Shown in pieces: positions 55,416-64,000 of a stretch of 64,000 nucleotides of DNA. Location of the stretch: NCBI RefSeq assembly GCF_016433145.1, contig NC_058134.1, positions 283,390,643 through 283,454,642 of the forward strand. The letters run 5' to 3'. Numbering within the stretch: position 1 is the stretch's first letter; the number at the start of each line of letters is the position of its first letter. Source of the stretch: Gracilinanus agilis. Lineage: Eukaryota. The notes under the pieces are model-generated. The model saw only the letters and a program-made list of their open reading frames with translations, did not search any database and was not told where the DNA came from. Both the position numbers and the translations under genes were made by a program.

Positions 55416-57252
55416 AAAATGACAATACTACCTAAAATGATTTATTTACTCAGTGCCATACCAATCAAATGATCAAAGAGTTATTTTATAGAGCTAGAAA
55501 AAATATAATAACAAAGGTCATCTGGAAAAACAAAAAGGTCAAGAATATTATGAAAATCAATAAAAAAATGTGAAGGAAGATGACTTAGCAGGACCAGATT
55601 TCGAACTATATTACAGAGTAGTAATCATCAAAACAGTCTGGTTCTGGCTAAGTCTGGCTAAGAGTGGTGAATGAGTGGAATAGATTAGGTACACAATACA
55701 TAGTAACAAATGATCAGTGTAATCTAGTATTCGATAAACCAAGCTTTTGGAGTAAGAACTCACAATCTGACAAAAATTGTTGGGAAAACTAGAAAAGAGT
55801 TTGGCTGAAGCTAGCTAGGCATAGATCAAAATCTCATACTGTATATCAAAATAATTTATTTAGGCACAAAGAGTGGTATTAATAAATTAGGAGAGCAGGG
55901 AAAAATATACTTGTCAGATCTATGAATAATGGAAAAGTATATGACCAAATAAGAGACAGGATCACAGGAAGTAAAATGGATAATTTTTATTACCCAAAAT
56001 TAAAAAGGTTTTGCACAAACAAAACTAATTTAGTCAAAATAAAAAGAAAATCAGAAACTGAAAAAAAAAATTATAGCAATTTTCTCTGGTAAAGGATTCA
56101 TTTCTCAATTATATAGGGAACTTTGCCATATTTGTGAAAATAAGAATAATCCCCCAATTGATAAGTAGTCAAAGGATAATAACAGGTAGTTTTCAGAAAA
56201 AGAAAGCAAAGTAATCAATATTCACATAAAATGCTCCAAATTGAAACAACTCTGAGGTACCCCTTACGCCTATCAGATTAGTTGACATGACAGGAAAGGA
56301 AAATGATAAATGCTGGAGGGAATGTGGGAAATGCTAAGGCACTGTTGGTGGAGTTGTGAACTAGTCCAACAATTCTGGAGAACAATTTGGAACTATTTGG
56401 GCTATAAAACTGCATTCCCTTTGACCCAGGAATATCAATAGTAAGTCTGTATCTGAAAGGGACCTATATGAACAAAAATAATTATAGCGGTTCTTTTTGA
56501 GGTGGCAAAGAATTAGAAACTGAGGGGATGCCCATCAATTGGGGAATGGCTAAACAAGTTGTGGCATATAATTGTGATAGAATACTATTGTGACAAGCAG
56601 GATGGTTTTGGAAAAACCTGGAAAGACTTATATGAACTCATGCAATGTGAATTGAACAGAATCAGGAAAACATTGTACATAGTAACAACAATATTACAAT
56701 GATGATCAGCTGAAAGATAGCTACTTTGTTGAAAACAATGATCAAAGACAATTCTAAAGGACTCAAGCTGAAAAATGTTATCTACTTCCAGAGATAGAGA
56801 GAGAATTGATGAACTCTTAAAAAAAAAAATCTTTACCTTCTGTCTTAGTATCAGCTCTAAGACAGAAGAGCAGTAAAGGGTAGGTAATTGGGGTTAGGTG
56901 ACTTGTCTAGGGTCATACAACTGGGAACTGATGAACTCAAGTACAAATTGAAGCATACTTTTTTCATTTTATTTTTCTTGCCCTTTTTTGTAGCATGGTT
57001 AATACGGCAATATGTTTTGCATGACTTCACCTGTATAATGAATATTTTATTGCTTGCTTTTTCAGTGGGTTGGGGAGGGGCTAAAGGAGGTAGAAAATTT
57101 AGAACTCAATCGTTTTGTCAGCTATATGGAGGATTTTTTTTTTTGGATAGAGGAAAGACTTGAAGTAGGAGGACCTTTTAGGAGACTTTGGCAGTTGTTC
57201 AGGGAACTGGGACAAAGGAGAGGAATATGAAAGATGTTAAAAATTGGACTTT

Positions 57253-57445
57253 GGGGGGCAGCTGGGTAGCTCAGTGGAGTGAGAGTCAGGCCTAGAGACA
57301 GGAGGTCCTAGGTTCAAACCCGGCCTCAGCCACTTCCCAGCTGTGTGACCTTGGGCAAGTCACTTGACCCCCATTGCCCACCCTTACCAATCTTCCATCT
57401 ATGAGACAATACACCGAAGTACAAGGGTTTAAAAAAAAAAAAAAA
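57253..57445 (+). mobile_element. Young SINE1 copy
   Basis: Near-identical to 3387-3571 and 4506-4695. AAAAATTGGACTTTGG is duplicated at 57239 and 57472. Confidence 0.92.
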
Positions 57446-58989
57446 GAATTAAAAGGGACTTTCAAAAAAAAAAAAATTGGACTTTGGTTTAAGAAGGAGG
57501 TGTGGAGTCACCAAGGAGTCACCAAACCATGATGACTTACTGACCATAGGAGTTTCCAAATGGACTTGAGAGGAAACAAGGAAGGCTGAGTCCAGAGAAG
57601 CTCGGTGACATTATAGCCTTGTTGCACATTCTTGCTGTGTCAGGGCAAAGTATACTTTGCCAAATGTTCATTGACTTATGAGTGCCTCATTCCATGCCAA
57701 CATGGTGTTGTTGTGTGTGATAATGTTAGAGTAGATTGGGACAAATTATGATGACTTTGTAATAATATTGTGGTTGAGTTTGGGGAAGAGCCTTGGAAAT
57801 TCAGAAGAGAGTGACTCGATCAGATGTTGGGAAAACTTTGTAGTTCTAGGTCACAAAGTCCTTCTGATTGTCCTCTCTGGAAGATGGGGAAGAGAATGCC
57901 ATTCAGAAAGGATTTGTTCAGTGGATGCTAGAAAAGGCTTCCCAGGAGGGTAAAGTAAGGGCTAAGGGTAGTGTTGCCTAATATTCTTGATGGACTTCCA
58001 GAAACTGCATTATCAGATTGAAGGTAAACTAGGCTAGAACACTCAGCAGCAAGAGACAGAGACAGCACTCTCAACTTTCAGGGATCATACACGGAAAGCC
58101 TAGGGACTAGAGCCATGAAAATGGAGTGATTTCTCTTGATGGGGCCCAGACAGGAAGTCATCCAATGGTTTATGACCTTGAGGTTCTGGTTCCTGCTAAT
58201 ATAGGAGACAGGAGACAAAAATAAGCCTTGGAGCACTGGTGACTAAAGGGTAGAATTGTGAGTTTCTGATTGCATTGGGAAGGTTGCTATATAACTGTGG
58301 TGTAAGAAAAGGGATCCCTTAGTTGAAGCCTTGGTAATTCTGAGGTGTAAATCTAGTAAATAACTAGATGAAAAAAAAGGAGACAGACCCTTCAAAAGCC
58401 TCTAGGGAGGCAGAGATTGTGTGACATCTTTCTGATGTGACTCCTGAGGAACAGGAAGGTTTTGGCAGGTGAGCCAGGGAATGCTGAGTGGGTACCACAT
58501 AGGGAGAACCTTTGTATCAAATTAGATATCAGGAAAAGTTGCATGGAAGAGGTGTCTGATGCATGGTGAAGAATTGTTGATTGTTCCAGAAGTGGCCCTA
58601 ATGTTCTAAGAGTTGTTCTCCTGCTCTTAGTTACTACATCACAAAAGGAGAAGAAATCTGTGACTGTGCTATATTTCTGATGTTCTTTGATGCTGTTCCG
58701 GTTGTTACCACTTTGCATTAGGACCCACACCATCAACTTCAAAGATCATCTACTACATGGACCAGATTGGGCCACTTGAAAATTGATCTTTCCAAAGGGG
58801 GAAAGAAAGGCTCGAGATGCCTGACCTTTGCCTTGTTGGTAGTTTTCCTCCTTTTGCCACCTTTTTCTTTCTTCTCCCTTAGAACTACATATTACAGCGG
58901 AACTGTTTAATCAAAGCCTTATAAGAATTTAAATGGTGGAAGGTCCTCTAGAAGAACATGAGACTTGGGGGCTGCATGCAGACTACAAC

Positions 58990-59200
58990 ATATATTTTTT
59001 TTAATTAAACCCTTACCTTCTGTCTTGGAGACAATACTGTGTATTGGCTCCAAGGCAGAAGAGTGGTAAGAGCTAGGCATTGGGGGTCAAGTGACTTGCC
59101 CAGGGTCACACAGCTGGGAAGTGTCTGAGGCCAGTTTTGAACCTAGGACCTCCCATCTCTAGGCCTGGCTCTCAATCCACTGAGCTACCCAGCTGCCCCC
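58990..59200 (-). mobile_element. SINE1 copy
   Basis: Full length, ends ...GAGCTACCCAGCTGCCCCC. Confidence 0.9.
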
Positions 59201-59639
59201 TACAATACTTTTGAATAACAAGAAAACACTTAGTAGAACAATGTAACTGAAAATATGAATTGCCTTTATGCATCACTGAAGTTAAGCTTTTTTTTTTGGC
59301 ACCCAACTATTTTTAATTTTTTTTTTTTACCAATTACATGTAATAACAAATTTCTACACAGGTTTCCCTAAGTCATATGATCAAACTTATCTCCCTCCCT
59401 TCCCTTCCCCATCCTCATGTAGGCAGGTGATTTGATTTGAGTATACATGTATTATCATGCAAAACATATTTCTATATTATTTATTTTTGAATAATCTTAT
59501 AAGTGAATAATCTTATAAATCCAACCCCCCCAAATATAAATCCAAATTTCTGACTCCAGAAGTTCTTTCTCTGGAGGCGAAGAGCATTCTTTGTCATAAA
59601 TCCCACATTGCCAACATAGCTAAAGACTAAAATACTTTT

Positions 59640-59838
59640 TTTTTTTTTTTAAATTTTAAACCCTTAACTTCTGTGTATTGACTCATAGGTGGAAGAGTGG
59701 TAAGGGTGGGCAATGGGGGGGTGGTCAAGTGACTTGCCCAGGGTCACACAGCTGGGAAATGTCTGAGGCCAGATTTGAACCCAGGACCTCCCGTCTCTAG
59801 GCCTGGCTCTCAATCCACTGAGCTACCCAGCTGCCCCC
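59640..59838 (-). mobile_element. SINE1 copy
   Basis: Full length. Target-site duplication GACTA(A/C)AATACTTTT at 59625 and 59839. Confidence 0.9.
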
Positions 59839-60194
59839 GACTACAATACTTTTGATTGTGGCTCAAATCAGATTAACATATGATTGGGAAATATTTACTG
59901 AACAAATTTAAAAAATAAAACATAGGTGCTATTCCTTAAAAATACTAAGTCAATATGCATCCTTCAGGGATCTTGATATATGACTTAGTGGTTCCCATTT
60001 TTATTTGAGTTCCCATTTTTATTAGAAGATTCTTAGGACCTTGCCATCAAGGGGTGGTATGTGATACGATTAGTGTTGCCCTGACACAACTTCTTTCCTT
60101 TCATCTACATCATAGAGAGATTTTTCCTAAGAGAAGACAAATCCGCTCCCAGAACCTAAATGCCTTCATCTCCTCTGATGCAGCTCTCTGGTCA

Positions 60195-60435
60195 TCTTGT
60201 TATTCAGTTGTTCAGTCAAATGACCCCATTTGAGGTTTTCTTGGCAAAGACCCTTGGAGTAGTTTGCTGATTCCTTCTCCAGTTCATTTTAAAGATGAGA
60301 AAACTGAGGCAAACAGTTAAGTAGCTTGCCCAGGATCACATAGCTAGTAATTATCTAAGGTCAGATTTGAACTTAGGAAGAGGAGTCTTCTTGACTCGAG
60401 GTGGGGCACTCTATCCACTGTGACATCTAGCTGCA
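60195..60435 (-). mobile_element. MAR1-type SINE
   Basis: GTTGTTCAGTC tail, GGTTTTCTTGGCAAAG, CORE segment, CATCTAGCTGC head. Confidence 0.8.
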
Positions 60436-62433
60436 TCCTCCTTGATCAACCAGAGGGATAAAAAAGTTGTAGCCACATGGAATCAGGGCCTCTCAGACTT
60501 AAAAGGTGCCTAAGATCCCTCAAGATGCCAAAATCTTGATGATCTACTGACCTGGTGAGTTTCCAGAAGGAGCCAAGAGAGGATGTATCTAGAGAAGTAC
60601 AATTCTATCCCTATTTCATGTTTGCTCTTTTAAGGGCAAAGTAAATTTGCTTATATATATATATATAAAATAACTTACAAGTTGATAAATGCTTTATTTC
60701 ATCCCACCATTGAACCTAAAATCAGATATAGGTTGGCGTAGAGTTATGTCTTCAACAGAAGGAAAAAATTGGAAGGAGAATCAGGCACCTAGAAGAGAAC
60801 CTTGCCCAAGAGGCTGATCTCTGAATAAATCCAATAGAGATAATAACAAATTGTGAGCAAAGTATGAGTGAGGTTTGGAGAAGGAAACCAAGTACTCAGA
60901 GGATTGTCATAAGCACACACAAATGTGTAGCTCCACAACTCTTTAGTCTTATGGGCAAGAATAAGGTGGGTGCATGGTATGGCTGTGTATCACAATTGAG
61001 AGTCCAGAGGTCTGGTCTCTGCCCTTTTATTTGATTGTTGTTTTGCACAGATTCACAGTGATCAAGTGAACTTTTGGATGAGTTGAATACCCCTTATTTA
61101 CCATTAGGTGAATTGGCGACCCTGGAATACCTGGATTAGATGGAGTTACAAACCATTTTTAATCAGGAGAGCTTTGCATTCTTTGCCTGAATGGGGCTGA
61201 CTAAAGCAGTAGTAGGTATAGAGAACCTTCCCGGTACAAAGCTGGACAAAGCTTCTGTCAGCTAGGGCCTCCCAAGGGACTGATCTTCACAATTCATCCT
61301 CCTCGCTTTCCTATTCAGATTTTAGGGAATTCCTTGGATCATGTCTTTTACAGTCACATTATTGTCATAGATACTAAAAGTTGATCATTTGGGTAACTAG
61401 GGTTGGCTTAGCACTCTCAGCCGGATGCCTTAGCAATAGCCTTGCTGTATTTCTGTAGACTGTTGACTTTGTGATGGTAGAGCTGAAAGCAGGAGCAGAA
61501 GAATTGATGGTAACAAATTGGTAGATGTTATGGTGACAGGGGAGCCAGGAGACTGTGGCCATCATGACTGAGGCTATATTATTAGCAAGATCTATCACCA
61601 CAGGGTCTCAGAGTCACCTAGGAGTATAGTGGATACATTAGAGTCTTACCCCATTTCCTTCCCACCTTTTCTTGGTCTTGAGTGTTCATCCCCCATTAAA
61701 TGATAATCCATCTTCCCTTTTGCAATTAAAGTCATATTTCTGTTTCTGCTATGATGTCTGTGGATGCCCTGTGGAGCCAAACCAAACCTTCCCACCTGAT
61801 TCTAATTGTGGGAGCTCCAGACCGGAGGAGGAGGAATCAACTAGAACCATCCTATGACTTTGCTAGGGACCTGGGTGGACCTGAGAAAAATAAAGGGGGA
61901 TTCAGAACTTAAAATTGTCTCCTTCCCTCTCTGAGAAGTAAAAACAGGAGCTGTTGGGGATGGGAGGAGGAAGGAGAATGGTGTTCTAGGAAGCTGGTGT
62001 CCACATCTTCCTAACCAGCTGAGAAAAGAACCATTCTGCCCTTGGGCTCAGTTTGGGGGCTGGGGGAACAGAGGATCAGTGGTGAGTCTAGCACAGGGGT
62101 CAGCAAACTATGGCACCTGCTGCCTATTTTTGTAAGGCTCAAGTTTGTGCCTTTAAAAATACATTTTTCTTATATTTAAAACTCTAAAACCCATGGCTAG
62201 CACAAGGGTCATATAGAAACATGAGTTGGGGAGGGTTGAGGCCAAGCTATGGACTCCTGGTTTGGTATATCAGTTGCTGTCAAAGGCAGTTGCAGTTCCT
62301 TGTCTCCATTCCCTGAAAAAGGTGTGTTTGGCAGTTGGGCCAGGGGAAAAGCCCTCTCTGGGGCTATGGTGAAGGTTGCCCATGGAAGTTGATCTACTCA
62401 TCCATTCCATGGGTCATTGGAAATGGCAACTAC

Positions 62434-63490
62434 GAGCTGGGCTTTTAATGGCTCCTTCCATGGTTCTATTATCCCAGCTGCCTGAGGGCAATACAAAGCA
62501 GGAAGATACTGTATGGGCCTTGATCTCAGGGCCATTGCTGGGTAAAGGAAAAGCAAAATAAGGTCTCATAATGAGTAGAATTGTAATCTGGTTAACCAAA
62601 CTTCTGAGAGCTGTGAATCTCGAGGGCTTGGGCAGGGGCCTTGGCAGGGGGATATGCCATTACAATGGCTATTCCATATCCAACCTGAGTGCCAGTCGCT
62701 GTAGGAGTATATTGTAGTGGCTGCAAAAGGTCAATGAAGAGTAACTGCCAAGATTGTGCTGGCCAAGTGCCCCAGGGATGCTCCCTTCCATGGGTACAAA
62801 AACACATTTCTTCTGTTGACATGTTGGGTACTGCTCTAGCACTAACTGGGCTTGTGTTTGGGTCAGGTGAATTCCTCTCTCAGGCAGCCAGGCAGCTAAG
62901 GGTCAGTGGCTTACCATGCATAGTTTCAGCATATTCTTAGGAGACCACTGAGGCATTGGAGCAGGTTGCATTGGCCTTCAGTCTTTTCAGTTGAGTCCAA
63001 CACGTCATGATCCCATTTGAGGTTTTCTTGGCAAAGATACTGGAATGGTTTGTCATTTCCTTCTCCAGCTCATTTTACAAATGACAAAACTCAGGTAAAC
63101 AGTGACTTGTTCAGGGTCACACAGTAATGTGACTAGTGTCAGAGGCCAGATTTGAACTCAGGCCTTCCTGACTCCAGGTCCAGCATTCTATCCTCTGTAC
63201 CTCCTGGCTGCCCTTTTCAGGATTAGTAGGCCTGTAATCTTTACACACTGCTTTTCTTTTTCCATTTGAGTGACCAAAACAATGTGAACTATGGAATGGA
63301 AGATTGTAATGCCATGGGAGCAGGGGAGCCTTAGACACTGGCCACCTTACCTAGTGGGGACAAATTGCAGGGCTGTTCAAAAACCCTTGAGACTGGTGTA
63401 TTGCCTTCCATGCCAAGTAAAAGCCAACTGGGGGTCCTGGTCCAGCAGTCTGAGAGGCATTGAAAAGAATGTATTTTCAATCAATCACAT
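62434..63490 (-). mobile_element. Degenerate ERV-L-like (class III) endogenous retrovirus pol: RT remnant 63490-63360, integrase remnant about 62920-62434
   Basis: RT: ENTFFSMPL..DQ..QLAFTWHGRQYT..KGF/LNSPAIC. Integrase: AWLPERGIHLTQTQAQLVLEQYPTCQQKK (zinc finger), GTWPAQSWQL, PQAAGIIEPWKEPLKAQL. These parallel ERV-L pol motifs; the region is frameshifted. Confidence 0.78.
62977..63213 (-). mobile_element. MAR1-type SINE inserted in the ERV pol remnant
   Basis: GGTTTTCTTGGCAAAGATACTGGAATGGTTTG, CORE segment, head ...CTGGCTGCCC. Confidence 0.85.
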
Positions 63491-63774
63491 CACAGAGAGA
63501 ATCCTTCATCCAGGCCCTTGGATTTTAACAGGGGAGGAGACCCTAGAGCTGACCTCTAGCCTCATATTGAAGGTCAAGTCTTTGAAGCGAGTCAAGTCCC
63601 AGGAAGGCATTCACTTTTGGCAACTTCTGGTAAAAATCCTCTGATGGACTGATCGCTTCCCTCCCGGGTTTGAAAGGATGAGAGATCTAATGACAGTCCT
63701 CTGCCAAGCCATGAACTCCTGTGTTATTAAGGAATGGTGCTGCTCCCCACCCTGCGCCCAACTGCCCAGAGGCC

Positions 63775-63810
63775 CCATCCATCCATCCATCCATCCATCC
63801 ATCCATCCAT
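63775..63810. repeat. (CCAT)9 microsatellite
   Basis: Direct reading. Confidence 0.95.
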
Positions 63811-64000
63811 CTGTTCTCCATCTTCTTTTCATAGACCTCTGCCTTATGCTATTTAACTCTTTGACTAGAATAACCCAGTTGCCTTCTTGTCGCTCCCACT
63901 TCAAAATGAGTTTCAGTCATTATGAGTTAAAGGGTGAGGACAAATCTTTCTTGCTGTTGAGGGGCACGGGAAGGAACATTTCCTTTCCTTCGAATTCATT

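Larger units (their letters stand above)
53400..57115 (+). mobile_element. Degenerate L1 ORF2 through 3' UTR, interrupted by later insertions
   Basis: [10 protein letters not shown]...[20 protein letters not shown] at 53460-53610 (L1 ORF2), LFADDM motif near 54225, then collinear 3' L1 segments; many stops and frameshifts. Confidence 0.9.

Noticed and set aside
57253-57330. tRNA-like A/B-box sequences
   Set aside because: These are tRNA-derived SINE heads attached to CORE and tail sequence; no cloverleaf, so no tRNA genes are called.

Overview
Mammalian genomic DNA, inferred to be from a didelphid marsupial (opossum-like) because it carries SINE1/MAR1-type SINEs and marsupial-type L1/RTE pieces. 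It is syntenic with human 12q13.2. Five genes lie in tandem on the minus strand; in transcription order they are ERBB3 (start 49461), PA2G4/EBP1 (13 exons, 394 aa), RPL41 (3 tiny coding exons, 25 aa, absent from the ORF track), ZC3H10 (single coding exon, 435 aa) and exon 1 of ESYT1. All exon boundaries were read by hand from GT/AG signals. The main anomaly is in ERBB3: exons 1-5 and 12-28 are present and intact, but exons 6-11 are missing, and exon 5 sits 265 nt from exon 12. Direct joining causes a frameshift (210-aa product). Skipping exon 12 would restore the frame and give a receptor lacking most of domain II and all of domain III. Assembly error or an artificial deletion must be excluded first. 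Other items of note are an orphan TCT/TOP-type promoter 3.2 kb upstream of RPL41, regenerated 5' splice sites in PA2G4, a SINE abutting the ERBB3 exon 3 donor, a degenerate ERV-L-like pol, a 7SL pseudogene and nested retroelement insertions.
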